In this document: positions 1 through 9,498 of the stretch, one piece after another
How the letters are laid out: every line of letters starts with the position of its first letter
Numbering within the stretch: the first letter of the stretch is position 1
From: Candidatus Latescibacterota bacterium
Lineage (GTDB): Bacteria; Latescibacterota; UBA2968
Assembly (NCBI GenBank): GCA_965198115.1
Contig: OZ240241.1
Span: forward strand, 1,984,001-2,048,000
Reading direction: 5' to 3'
DNA: 64,000 bases
The notes under the pieces: model-generated
What the model saw: only the letters and a program-made list of their open reading frames with translations
The model's database searches: none
Told to the model about the DNA's origin: nothing
Program-made: the position numbers and the translations under genes

Positions 1-1
1 A

Positions 2-31
2 ACACTGAAACCAGGCGTTGTAGGAACTCAG
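2..31 (-). CDS. Possible 5' end of a gene running off the window (CTG start, (M)SSYNAWFQC..., weakly threonine-synthase-like)
   Basis: GAAAGGG lies 7 nt before the CTG, and there is an upstream TATATT -10-like box (65-70). Only 10 codons are visible. Confidence 0.3.
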   Translation of the reverse strand, partial: MSSYNAWFQC

Positions 32-106
32 AGTCTTGCCCTTTCGATCGGTTGGTAGGCGGCGAATATAGATCGCGACAGGGTAACCTCAAAGGCCTTC
101 GCGGCG

Positions 107-850
107 TCAGATCTCGAGTAAAACCACCGCCGGAAGCCACCCACCGATCCCGTTGGGCAACCGAACCTGTGTCCAACGTCCCTCGGACCGTTCGACGCCC
201 ACTTTGGTGCCCTCGTGCAGCGTAAACACCTTTAAGAAATCCTCTCCGGGTCCGCTCCGGCCGTCGGCCTGTTCGGCCACGATCACGGCTTCGGGTCGAT
301 TCCGGTCTTCGACCTTCGTCAAGAGCAGCGCCAGACTGATGACACCGACGACGAAGACGATCCCCCCCGACGCCGCGCAGAACGTCCGAGCACTCGGCCG
401 CAGGAGCCGGACGATACCGAGCAGGGCAATCCCGAACAGACTCAGACACGACACGACCGCCAGAAAACCGATCCCCAGCGCCCGATACATCGCCTTCGCT
501 ACACGCGTGACGACATTCTGCTCTTCGCTCTCGACCCGATCCACCTTTCTCGCGTTCGCGATAACCAGATTCGCACGCGCATCCTCGTCTCCGGGGCTCA
601 AACGGAGGACGCGCTCGTAGGCCACGATGGCTCGGCCGAGTCGACCCGCCTTGAACGCGGCGTTTCCCAGATTGTAGTGCAGTCTGTCGTTCCGAAGTCC
701 GGTCGCAACAATCGATTCGTAGCGTTCGAGGGCGTATTCGTAGTCACCCGCACGATACAATGCGTTGGCTTCGTTGTAGAGATCGCCAACCGCTCCCGAT
801 CCTCGAGCCGAACCGCTGATCAATAGGAGGGTGATCAGCAGACCCGTCAC
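107..850 (-). CDS. batE: BatE-like TPR + SH3b protein
   Basis: Signal peptide, TPR (YNLGNAAFK), two TM segments, C-terminal LHEGTKV...GWLP SH3 motif; last gene of the Bat operon. Confidence 0.85.
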   Translation of the reverse strand: MTGLLITLLLISGSARGSGAVGDLYNEANALYRAGDYEYALERYESIVATGLRNDRLHYNLGNAAFKAGRLGRAIVAYERVLRLSPGDEDARANLVIANARKVDRVESEEQNVVTRVAKAMYRALGIGFLAVVSCLSLFGIALLGIVRLLRPSARTFCAASGGIVFVVGVISLALLLTKVEDRNRPEAVIVAEQADGRSGPGEDFLKVFTLHEGTKVGVERSEGRWTQVRLPNGIGGWLPAVVLLEI

Positions 851-2679
851 CTCAGTCGCTCCAGCGTGTCAATCGTCGTTCTGGTACGATCCAGCAAGTC
901 ACGCATGTCCGTTTCGGTCCCGGCGACCGACGCAAATCTCGCGAGATCGCAAGCCCGTAGGATGGACACGGCGGTCGCCGTCGCCTCGGGGTCGGCTGCT
1001 CTTTCCCGCAGGGCACTCTCTGCCTGATCGGGTGTGAGACCCCGCTCCTGCAGGTTCAACCGGTCGGCCAAAAAGGCCGACAGGGCCCGATTGATCTCGG
1101 AATGGAACGCTCCCGTATCTCCAACACCCATCAGTCGTTCGGCTTCGGCCAGCCGCTTCCGCGCGTGCCCCCGGCTCCGGCGTCGACGGGCATATGCCAC
1201 GTCCCCCGTCAACCGTCGCTGATGACGTTGCCACGCGAAGGCCAGCAGAAACCCGACGACAGGAACTCCCTGCAAGATCAGGAACCACCAGGACTCGTGA
1301 AACATGCTACCCTGATCGACCAGTCGATCCGCATCACCTTTAATATGTCGAATGTCCTCACCCAAGAGCCGGACCGACTCGCTCGACGCCATCGCCGTGA
1401 TGGCCTCCGGTTGAAGTGCGGACAGAACACGCAGCGAGATTACCTCGGCCCTGGCGATCTCGTAGGCTGCGGACGAAGGATCGAAGTAGGCCATCTCGAC
1501 GGGTGGCAGGTCGAGATCGCCTTCTACACTGGGGATAACGACGAACTCGAACGTCTTGTAACCCGTCACTGCACGACCGTCGAAACGGGTCTCGAGTGTG
1601 GTCTTGGGATCGTAGACCTTAAAGTGATCATTCAGGTCCAGCACCGGGGCCCCCGCAGAGTGCAGGTTGCCACGTCCGTTCACTTTCACCGTCAACGTGA
1701 CCGGATCGCCACGTCTCACCTCGACCGGTTTCGCGCTGGCCTCTAGTACGTAGCGCCCGACGGCACCCGTGAAGGATGCCGGAGCGGCTTTGGGGAGTGG
1801 CTTGACGACGATTGCCAGATCCTCGGACCGCACGGTCACCTGTTGTGTCTTGAACGGGTCGAACCCCATGAAATCATCGACATCGAACAGACTCCGTCGT
1901 CTCGACCGAACCGGTATGTCGCATTGAACTTCGAGCTGCTCGAGATCGTGCGTGCCCTCGGTCGTCGGGAACAAGGCAACCTTTTTGAGAGAAGATCGAT
2001 TGTAGGCCTGGCCGTCGACGACCGCCCGCCGTTGCTCCAGGCGACTCGCATCGAACACGGTTTCCGCCCAGAATCCCGTGAACGACGGGAGGTGGCCGTA
2101 GCGTACGTTCTGGAGTTGAAATCGCGAATAGAGATCGTAGCTCACGAGCACCTGCTCCCCGACAAAAACCGCAGGCCGGTCGGCCGTGGCCCGGATGAAA
2201 AGGTTCTTTTCGATCTCCTGAAGCTGGCGAGCGTTCGGTTGTGCCCCGCCCTGACGCGTGGAGGTCCGTGGCCTGGCGAGGCCCTGCACCGCCTCCACAC
2301 GCACCGGATTGGACTGGAACACGCGCCCTTCGTGGCTAAGTCGCACAGGACCCAGAACAAAGGTGCCGGATTCCCCTACGCGGAGCGTGTGTGAACGAGT
2401 CAGCGTTCGCGTCTGCGTCATGGCGCCACCCACGACCTGGATCGAGGTCGACGTCGAAGAGGACTGGCGGATCACCTCCACCTCGTCCGGCAAACCGAGA
2501 TCTATATCGGGTGAACCCAACACACGCTCTAACTCGATCACGACGTTGAACGAGAAGGGATCGTCGACCGCGACACGCGTTCGGTCGACGGAAGCCTGGA
2601 TATGGACAGTCTGTCCCACAGCCGGCCCCGTGAACCGCAGGAACAACAGGACCATCCAGATGACGCGCACGGTCACCAC
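847..2679 (-). CDS. batD: BatD family protein
   Basis: ASVDRTRV start, FTGAVGRY, FKVYDPK and YFDP motifs, C-terminal TM; operon context. Confidence 0.85.
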   Translation of the reverse strand: MVTVRVIWMVLLFLRFTGPAVGQTVHIQASVDRTRVAVDDPFSFNVVIELERVLGSPDIDLGLPDEVEVIRQSSSTSTSIQVVGGAMTQTRTLTRSHTLRVGESGTFVLGPVRLSHEGRVFQSNPVRVEAVQGLARPRTSTRQGGAQPNARQLQEIEKNLFIRATADRPAVFVGEQVLVSYDLYSRFQLQNVRYGHLPSFTGFWAETVFDASRLEQRRAVVDGQAYNRSSLKKVALFPTTEGTHDLEQLEVQCDIPVRSRRRSLFDVDDFMGFDPFKTQQVTVRSEDLAIVVKPLPKAAPASFTGAVGRYVLEASAKPVEVRRGDPVTLTVKVNGRGNLHSAGAPVLDLNDHFKVYDPKTTLETRFDGRAVTGYKTFEFVVIPSVEGDLDLPPVEMAYFDPSSAAYEIARAEVISLRVLSALQPEAITAMASSESVRLLGEDIRHIKGDADRLVDQGSMFHESWWFLILQGVPVVGFLLAFAWQRHQRRLTGDVAYARRRRSRGHARKRLAEAERLMGVGDTGAFHSEINRALSAFLADRLNLQERGLTPDQAESALRERAADPEATATAVSILRACDLARFASVAGTETDMRDLLDRTRTTIDTLERLR

Positions 2680-3452
2680 GCCTTCCCTCTATAACGCGGG
2701 CCGACCAATCGGACCTTCCGGCGTTTTTGGGCATCCGCTTCCCTGTCCTTCATGGCATCGAGCAGCCGCTCGGCCTCTTCCGGCGAGAGCTGACCCTCAG
2801 CGGACGTTCGTCCATCCTCGGACTGTCGATTCTGTTGTTCGTCGTCCACACGCGACTCCGGTTGCGGGGGTTGCTTCCCCTCCTGTTCGCCCGGGTTCGA
2901 CTCGTCGGATCGATCTTCCGGAGGTTGCTCGTCCTCGCCCGTTCGTTCTTCGCTGTCCTGCTGCTGATCATCGTCATTCTCGCCGCTCTCGCCTTCGTCC
3001 TGATCCTGCTGGCCCTGTTCGTCCAGCATGTCGTTGGCCAGCTCCAGATTGATCTTCGTATCCACCTGATCGGGGTTCAGGGTCAGTGCCTTCTCGTAGG
3101 CGTCGATGGCGCTTTGGAAATCCTTCTTCCTAAAGTGCGAGTTCCCGAGGTTGTGGTAGGCCGATGCCGCGAGGGCGGCATCTTCCGACTCAGCCGCCTG
3201 GGCGAACGATGCGATCGCCTCGTCGTAGTCCTCTTCCCTGTAGAGCGCATCGCCCACGTTATAGCGCAGACCCCGCTCTTCGGGCCGGTCCACTTGTGCT
3301 TCCCGATACTTGGAGAGGGCCTCGGCGAACCGGCCTTCGCCGTAGAGCACGTTGCCTTCCTCTGCCTTCTGTGCAACCGGGTCGAGGAAGGTGAAGCCGA
3401 GGGAGCAAACCGCACATGGCGCGATCAGCCACGCACGAACGATCCGGTTCAC
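2673..3452 (-). CDS. batC: BatC-like TPR protein with acidic low-complexity linker
   Basis: TPRs (YNVGDALY, YHNLGNSHF), D/E/Q-rich linker, EEAERLLDAM tail. Start reassigned to GTG 3452, which overlaps the batB stop (GTGA). Confidence 0.8.
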   Translation of the reverse strand: MNRIVRAWLIAPCAVCSLGFTFLDPVAQKAEEGNVLYGEGRFAEALSKYREAQVDRPEERGLRYNVGDALYREEDYDEAIASFAQAAESEDAALAASAYHNLGNSHFRKKDFQSAIDAYEKALTLNPDQVDTKINLELANDMLDEQGQQDQDEGESGENDDDQQQDSEERTGEDEQPPEDRSDESNPGEQEGKQPPQPESRVDDEQQNRQSEDGRTSAEGQLSPEEAERLLDAMKDREADAQKRRKVRLVGPRYRGKAW

Positions 3453-4474
3453 GATTCGAACCTCCCCTGCCACGTCGCATCCTCCCGTCGTCTGTCCGAC
3501 AGGAAGCTTTCGACAATCAGGCACACGAGCGCCAACCCGAGGGGCCACTGATACCGATGACGATACTGGGACAGGGTCCGCGTGCCCAGGTCCTTCTTCT
3601 CCATCGCCGCGATCTGCCCATAAACCTCCTCGAGCCCGACGCCCCCACCTTGAGCGCGCACATACCCGCCCTGCGTCATCCGCCCGATCTCCTGAAGGGT
3701 GGACTCGTCGAGACGCGTCTTCACTACGTTCCCCTGATCGTCCTTCAGAAAGTCGACGTGTCCGTTCTGCCGTACGGGAATCAACTCACCCTCTTTCGTT
3801 CCGATCCCTACACAGAAAACACGAACACCGGCTTCGGCTGCCTCGCCGGCGGCTTCGATCGGATCGTCAGCGTGGTCTTCCCCGTCCGTGATCAGTACGA
3901 GCGCCTTGTGCTTGCGTTCATCACTCCCGAAGGCGCGTGTCGCCGTCCGGATTGCGCTCGCAATCGCCGTACCCCTCGCCGGGATCAGCCCCGTATCAAC
4001 CGAATCGAGAAACAGCTTCGCAGCACCGTAGTCGAGTGTGAGCGGACAGAGGACGAAACTCTGCCCGGCGAACGCGACCAGACCGATGCGATCGCCCTCG
4101 AGGCGATCGATGAATGACTCGATCTCGTAGCGTGCCCGCAAGAGTCGGTTGGGCTGAATGTCCTCGGCCAGCATGCTCAGCGACGTATCTAGTGCGACGA
4201 GCACGTCGACCCCACGTCGGTGTACGGTGTCCGTTCGTGACCCGAAACGGGGTTCGACAAGGGCCAGACACAGAAAGAAGAAAAACACCAGCATCAGGGA
4301 CGCCTTCAAGACCTGGCGTGGTCGACTCGTCGCCGATGTCAGCTTCCGCATCAGGACTGGGGCGCCGAATCGCGCCAAGGCAGCTGCTCTGGCACGGAAC
4401 GACCAGACGTAGAGACCGAACAACGCCGGCAGCGCGAGCAGATACCAAAACGCCTGAGGGTTCCCGAAGCGCAC
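3449..4474 (-). CDS. batB: BatB VWA-domain protein
   Basis: MRFGNP start, MIDAS DTSLSM, PLTLDY, LITDGED. Confidence 0.9.
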   Translation of the reverse strand: MRFGNPQAFWYLLALPALFGLYVWSFRARAAALARFGAPVLMRKLTSATSRPRQVLKASLMLVFFFFLCLALVEPRFGSRTDTVHRRGVDVLVALDTSLSMLAEDIQPNRLLRARYEIESFIDRLEGDRIGLVAFAGQSFVLCPLTLDYGAAKLFLDSVDTGLIPARGTAIASAIRTATRAFGSDERKHKALVLITDGEDHADDPIEAAGEAAEAGVRVFCVGIGTKEGELIPVRQNGHVDFLKDDQGNVVKTRLDESTLQEIGRMTQGGYVRAQGGGVGLEEVYGQIAAMEKKDLGTRTLSQYRHRYQWPLGLALVCLIVESFLSDRRREDATWQGRFES

Positions 4475-5469
4475 TACGGAATCCTCCTCAACCGTGTATT
4501 GCCGAGGAGAGACTCGGTCCCCAGAAGAATCGCACCCGGCAGCAGCAGAATCGCGAACAGTTCTGAGTAGTTCACGTATTCTCGTGTCTTAATCTCCGTC
4601 CTCTCCATCTCGCCGATCTCCGCGTAGATCGCCTCCAGCTTTTCTTCGCTCGTCGCTCGGAAGTAGCGTCCGCCCGTCATGCTCGCTACCTCTTTGAGAG
4701 TGGCTTCATCGATTTCGACACGAACGCGAACGTTTCGCGGACCGAAAAGGCCTCCGTCGACGCGCCTCAGAATCTCCCCCTCGCTGCCGGCTCCGATGGT
4801 GTAGATACGCACGCCGACCGCCTCGGCGGCTCGCGCGGCCGTTGAGGGATCCACTTCGCCGCGGTTGTTCAAGCCATCCGTCAGCAGCACCACGACTTTC
4901 GACCGGGCGTCTGAATCTCTGAGACGGTTGACGGCTGTCGCGATGGCCGTCCCGATCGCCGTCCCATCCCAGTCCTCCTCGGCGATACGGACCTCCTTCA
5001 AGAAGTCGAGGAAAACTCCGTAGTCCAGCGTCAAGGGACATTGCGTGTAGGCCTCGCCCGCGAAGACGACGAGACCCAGGCGGTCGTTCACGCGGCCGCC
5101 GACGAAGTCAGCCACGACCTGCTTGCAGACTTCGAGACGAGACACCTTGGCCAGATCGGCGGCTTCCATGCTGCTCGAAGCGTCGATGGCCAAGACGATG
5201 TCGATACCCCGGCTCAGGATCTCCCGTCCCTCGCGACCCGATTGTGGGCGTGCAAGGGCGAGCGTGAGCAAGGCCAACCCGGCGCAACGCAGGATGACGA
5301 GAACGTGCCTCAGTCTAATGGCCGGGGACGGTACGATCTCGCGAAGGGCCGTGAGGTCCGAAAACCGAATGCTCCCTCGCTTTTGCCGCTCTCGATGCAC
5401 ATACCGGTAGAGGAGAACCGGAATCAGCAGGAGCAGGAGCAGCCACTCCGGATTCACGAATCGAATCAA
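4474..5469 (-). CDS. batA: BatA VWA-domain protein
   Basis: LALARPQ, DASSSM, GTAIG, LLTDGLNN, TGGRYFRAT. Confidence 0.9.
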   Translation of the reverse strand: MIRFVNPEWLLLLLLIPVLLYRYVHRERQKRGSIRFSDLTALREIVPSPAIRLRHVLVILRCAGLALLTLALARPQSGREGREILSRGIDIVLAIDASSSMEAADLAKVSRLEVCKQVVADFVGGRVNDRLGLVVFAGEAYTQCPLTLDYGVFLDFLKEVRIAEEDWDGTAIGTAIATAVNRLRDSDARSKVVVLLTDGLNNRGEVDPSTAARAAEAVGVRIYTIGAGSEGEILRRVDGGLFGPRNVRVRVEIDEATLKEVASMTGGRYFRATSEEKLEAIYAEIGEMERTEIKTREYVNYSELFAILLLPGAILLGTESLLGNTRLRRIP

Positions 5470-6407
5470 GAATCGGCCCCCTCTCCGGTCGACTCCTCGG
5501 TCCCCACAAAAGGCTTCAGATCCGCGTCGATTCCCCCCATGGCATCGAGCACGCGGATGAGGTCCTGTCGGGCTCTATCGGGTCCCGGCGCGAACTTCGC
5601 GAACTTGACCAAATCGGCCTCCGACAAGAATCCCTGAACGTCGACCACTCGACCAGAACCGAGGCCTGCAACAGACAAGTCGTCGCCCACCTCGTCAGTC
5701 GTCCGTTCCATGGCCTCCACACCCGTCCGGTCCTCCAGAAACCGTCTGAGCGCTTCGGACAGCGAGGTGTAGTAGGTCAGGAAGTCACCCGCCTCGACCA
5801 GGCCCGAGCGTCCGATTCTCCGAATTTCTTCGAACCAGTCGGGAGGCCGCGGAGGAGGAGCAGGAGCCGCTTTCTTCCTGAAAAAGAACCAGATGGCCGC
5901 TGCGGCCAGAGCCACGAAACAGCAAAGCAAGGCCCACGCCCACCACGGAATCCGTGGCTGGACCACAACAGGGTCGTGGATGTCCGTGATATCCTCGATG
6001 CCTTCCGGTTTGACACTCCCCACGATGATGTCGATGGATGGGGATTCGAGCCGAAGCGTGTCGCCGGCAGCACGGACGATCTGAACGACGGGAGGAGGAA
6101 TCGTATAAGCGCCCGTCTTGAAGGAGGTCAACTCGATCGTTTGTGTGATCAGCTGATCGCCGTCTACACGCGCGGAGGTTGCGCGCGGCGACTCCAGAAC
6201 TTCGAAGGTGGCCGGAAGCCTGAGGTCGGGAATGACCGTGGACGTATCATCGTGATGTCGACGCAAGTCGAGTCGGAGTGCGATCCGGTCGCCGATCGTG
6301 ATCGAATCCCGATCGACGGTCGAGGTGAATTGGAATGCCTCCGAAGCGTCGACGCTCGGGACCGCGACATTCAGAAGCAGACCGAAGAAGAGGAGTCGTC
6401 CCGCCAC
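5466..6407 (-). CDS. Bat-operon exported/membrane protein (Ig-like N-terminus, TM, helical C-terminus)
   Basis: DRDSITIGD, a TM segment, then AMERTTDE and ADLVKFAK, typical of the gene between DUF58 and batA. Confidence 0.75.
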   Translation of the reverse strand: MAGRLLFFGLLLNVAVPSVDASEAFQFTSTVDRDSITIGDRIALRLDLRRHHDDTSTVIPDLRLPATFEVLESPRATSARVDGDQLITQTIELTSFKTGAYTIPPPVVQIVRAAGDTLRLESPSIDIIVGSVKPEGIEDITDIHDPVVVQPRIPWWAWALLCCFVALAAAAIWFFFRKKAAPAPPPRPPDWFEEIRRIGRSGLVEAGDFLTYYTSLSEALRRFLEDRTGVEAMERTTDEVGDDLSVAGLGSGRVVDVQGFLSEADLVKFAKFAPGPDRARQDLIRVLDAMGGIDADLKPFVGTEESTGEGADS

Positions 6408-6464
6408 GTCGTCTCTCGCCGATCAATCCTGTGAGATGGTCTGAATGGGTGCAGCCTGACAAGA

Positions 6465-7346
6465 CTACGATCGAATCTTTGCGGCGCGTGCCTTGAAGAA
6501 GTGCATCAGCGGATCGACGTAGGAGGATGCCGTCGTTACGTCGATCGTATCGAGACCGATCGACCGAAACAAGCGCGCCCGCTCTTCCCGATCGCCGGCG
6601 GAGCGAGCTTCGAAAGCCTGGCGGGTGGCAGGATCGGACGTATCAACCAGGATTTCCTCACCCGTCTCTGCATCTTCCAGCTCGACGATGCCAACGGCCG
6701 GCAGCACTTCTTCGCGAGGGTCCCTGACAACCACCGCGATCACGTCGTGCTTCCGTTTGGCCACCCTGAGTGCGGCTTCGTAATTGGCCGATCTGAAATC
6801 GGAGACGAGAAACACGACACTCCGACGCAGGGGAAGCCGATTGAGCGTGTCAAGTGTCGTAGCGATGTCGGTTCTGCGGTGAGCAGGCTTGAAGTAGAGC
6901 AGCTCGCGAATCACCCTGAGGACGTGCTTCTTTCCTTTTTTGGGGGGGACATAAACCTCGACTTCGTCGGTAAAGATCATCAGCCCGACGCGGTCGTTGT
7001 TCTGGATCGCCGAAAACGCCAGGAGCGCACAAATCTCGACGGCAATCTCCCCTTTCATCTGTTCGACCGTCCCAAAATCTCCCGATGCACTGGCATCCAC
7101 CAGCAGCATCACCAAGAGCTCGCGTTCTTCGTCGAATACCTTGACGAACGGATCCCCCACACGAGCCGTCACGTTCCAGTCGATCGACCGCACATCGTCG
7201 CCGGGTTGGTATTCTCGGACTTCCGAAAACGCCATGCCCTGACCCTTGAAGACAGAATGATACTCGCCCGAGAAAACAGTGTTAACAAGGTGGCGTGTCC
7301 GCAACTCGACCCGCCGGACCTTCTTCAAGATTTCCGCCGGAATCAA
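6465..7346 (-). CDS. DUF58 protein
   Basis: GEYHSVFKGQG, EVREYQPGDDVRSIDWNVTAR. TTG start at 7346 overlaps the moxR stop. Confidence 0.9.
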   Translation of the reverse strand: MIPAEILKKVRRVELRTRHLVNTVFSGEYHSVFKGQGMAFSEVREYQPGDDVRSIDWNVTARVGDPFVKVFDEERELLVMLLVDASASGDFGTVEQMKGEIAVEICALLAFSAIQNNDRVGLMIFTDEVEVYVPPKKGKKHVLRVIRELLYFKPAHRRTDIATTLDTLNRLPLRRSVVFLVSDFRSANYEAALRVAKRKHDVIAVVVRDPREEVLPAVGIVELEDAETGEEILVDTSDPATRQAFEARSAGDREERARLFRSIGLDTIDVTTASSYVDPLMHFFKARAAKIRS

Positions 7347-8338
7347 GGAACTTCCACCTGGTCGAGCACGCGGCGAACGACGTCCTCGGGGACCATTTCC
7401 TCGGCCTCGGCCTCGTAGGTCAGGATCACCCGATGACGCATCACGTCCATGCCAATGGCCTTGATGTCTTCGGGCGTGACGTAGCCACGTCGACGCAGAA
7501 AGGCGTGGGCCTTCCCCGCCCTGATGAGCGCGATCGACGCACGCGGTGAACAACCCGTCTCGATCAACTGTGACAGATCGTCCAGGCCTTCTACCGAGGG
7601 AAAGCGCGTGGCGTGTACGAGGTTCACGACGTAGTCTTTGATCTTCGTATCAACATAGACGCTGTCGACGACGTCACGCGCCCGGACGATGTCTTCGGGG
7701 CGCACGACGGGCCCGACAGACGGGGCCACGCCCGACCCCATTCGGTCAACAATGACTCGTTCGTCCTCCTTGGAGGGGTAGCCGACACGAACCTTGAGCA
7801 TGAACCGATCGACCTGCGCCTCGGGCAAAGGATACGTGCCCTCCTGTTCAATCGGGTTCTGTGTAGCCAGGACGAGGAACGGATCGTCCATGGGAAAGGT
7901 CGTGGTGCCGATCGTAACCTGGCGCTCCTGCATCGCCTCGAGCATCGCGCTCTGTACCTTGGCCGGCGCACGATTGACTTCGTCCGCCAGGATGAACTGC
8001 GCGAAAATCGGGCCTCTCTGCACCTCGAAGGAGCCCGTCGCCTGCTGGTAGACGAGCGTGCCGATCAGGTCGGCCGGCAACAGGTCGGGTGTGAACTGGA
8101 TTCGCCTGAAACTGGCCTGGACCGTCGCCGCAAGCGTACTGATCGTGAGGGTTTTCGCGAGCCCCGGAACGCCCTCGAGAAGAATGTGACCGTTGCACAG
8201 CAGACCGACGAGGAGGCGCTCGAGCACGGGCTGCTGCCCGACGATCACCTTCCCCACTTCAGAAACGATCCTTTCGATGAACGCACTTTCGGCGGCAACA
8301 CGCTCGTTGATCGCATCAATGTCAGCCGAAACCGTCAT
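7343..8338 (-). CDS. moxR: MoxR-family AAA+ ATPase
   Basis: LEGVPGLAKT, RIQFTPDLLP, DEVNRA, ATQNPIEQEGTYPLPEAQ. ATG at 8338. Confidence 0.95.
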   Translation of the reverse strand: MTVSADIDAINERVAAESAFIERIVSEVGKVIVGQQPVLERLLVGLLCNGHILLEGVPGLAKTLTISTLAATVQASFRRIQFTPDLLPADLIGTLVYQQATGSFEVQRGPIFAQFILADEVNRAPAKVQSAMLEAMQERQVTIGTTTFPMDDPFLVLATQNPIEQEGTYPLPEAQVDRFMLKVRVGYPSKEDERVIVDRMGSGVAPSVGPVVRPEDIVRARDVVDSVYVDTKIKDYVVNLVHATRFPSVEGLDDLSQLIETGCSPRASIALIRAGKAHAFLRRRGYVTPEDIKAIGMDVMRHRVILTYEAEAEEMVPEDVVRRVLDQVEVP

Positions 8339-8351
8339 GTGCCCACCGCCA

Positions 8352-8825
8352 TCACGATGAAACCGAGTCGATCCACGCTTCGAGGGGCTTGTCAATATTC
8401 TCGACCGAAATCGTCGCATCATCGACGAGGACCGACTGGGGGTAGTTGTCGATGACCATTTGGTAGGCTTCTACGGCGGCCTCCTTCCGTCCGGCCAGGT
8501 CGTGAATGTAGCCGATCATGAACTGAGCCTGATCGACATAGCGGCTTCGGGGAAACCGATCGATTAGGCTCTGATAGGCTGAAATCGCCCGATCGCCTTC
8601 ACCCTGCGCCTGATAGACACGCGCTAGCGCCTGCAAGGCGACGTCGGCCCGTGGATCTGCGGGGAAGACTTCGATGAAACGGGTCAGGTGAGTGACCGCT
8701 TCGGGATAGTCCTCGACATCGTGGGTCGCACGCTCACCTTGTCGAAAAAGTTCATCTGCTGATTCCTGAGCACAGCCAGGAGCCAGAACGTACAATACGG
8801 CCATACCCCAGAAGATCGCCCTCAT
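8352..8825 (-). CDS. TPR lipoprotein (BamD/YbgF-like)
   Basis: Lipobox-like LAPGC; repeated FP.S/YP.S TPR motifs; AAGGAGG SD. Confidence 0.7.
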   Translation of the reverse strand: MRAIFWGMAVLYVLAPGCAQESADELFRQGERATHDVEDYPEAVTHLTRFIEVFPADPRADVALQALARVYQAQGEGDRAISAYQSLIDRFPRSRYVDQAQFMIGYIHDLAGRKEAAVEAYQMVIDNYPQSVLVDDATISVENIDKPLEAWIDSVSS

Positions 8826-8908
8826 GACCGATCTGACGCCTCCTTCGTGACGTTTACACAGTAAAACGCGACGGACCGCTTCGGGTTCCGCGGTCGTGAA
8901 TGTGTGGC

Positions 8909-9229
8909 CTACCCTGCAGCGGCCTTCCCCGAACCTTTTTTCGATTTGTTCGATTTCTTGTCGCTCGACTTCAACTCTGACTTCGATCCATCGGACGCCC
9001 CGGACCCACTACCCGAATCGGCCTTGGCCCCGGCTTTGTAGCTGTCGCTCCGATAGTCGGTGATGTAGAACCCAGAACCCTTGAAGATGAGGCCGGACCC
9101 CCCGCCGATTAACCGCTGGAGCTTCATACGACCGCATTCCGGGCACTTTTTGAGCGGTTTTGCCGTGATCGATTGAAACTCATCGAATCGATGCTCGCAG
9201 TTCTGGCACTCATACTCGTAGGTCGGCAT
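8909..9229 (-). CDS. FmdB-family zinc-ribbon protein
   Basis: MPTYEYECQNC...CPECG...FKGSGFYITDY with an S/K-rich tail. Confidence 0.9.
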   Translation of the reverse strand: MPTYEYECQNCEHRFDEFQSITAKPLKKCPECGRMKLQRLIGGGSGLIFKGSGFYITDYRSDSYKAGAKADSGSGSGASDGSKSELKSSDKKSNKSKKGSGKAAAG

Positions 9230-9387
9230 GAATCATCTCCGATCGGCGCAGGGGGGACGAAGCGAAATAATCTATGCCAGACGTTCCGAGCCGTCAAGCC
9301 CTATACTTAACTTCTTTGGAGACAAGTGGTTGAGACCGTTTTCCCCGTGTCCTGGGCAGGCCCGTACAGCTTTAGGGGCCTTTTCTC

Positions 9388-9416
9388 TTGACACCGAAAT
9401 CTGCCGAACGTAAATT
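9388..9416 (+). promoter_or_regulatory. Sigma70-like promoter of the ParA-like gene
   Basis: TTGACA-17 bp-TAAATT. Confidence 0.6.
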
Positions 9417-9498
9417 GCGCAATATCAACAAGTTCTATTCATTCGGTCCACTGCAACACGTCCACTTCTGATCAACCCCTGTCAGGAGCCCGATCGCC

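Noticed and set aside
107-8338. MoxR/VWA/TPR cluster as a novel system
   Set aside because: It matches the known Bat operon organisation.
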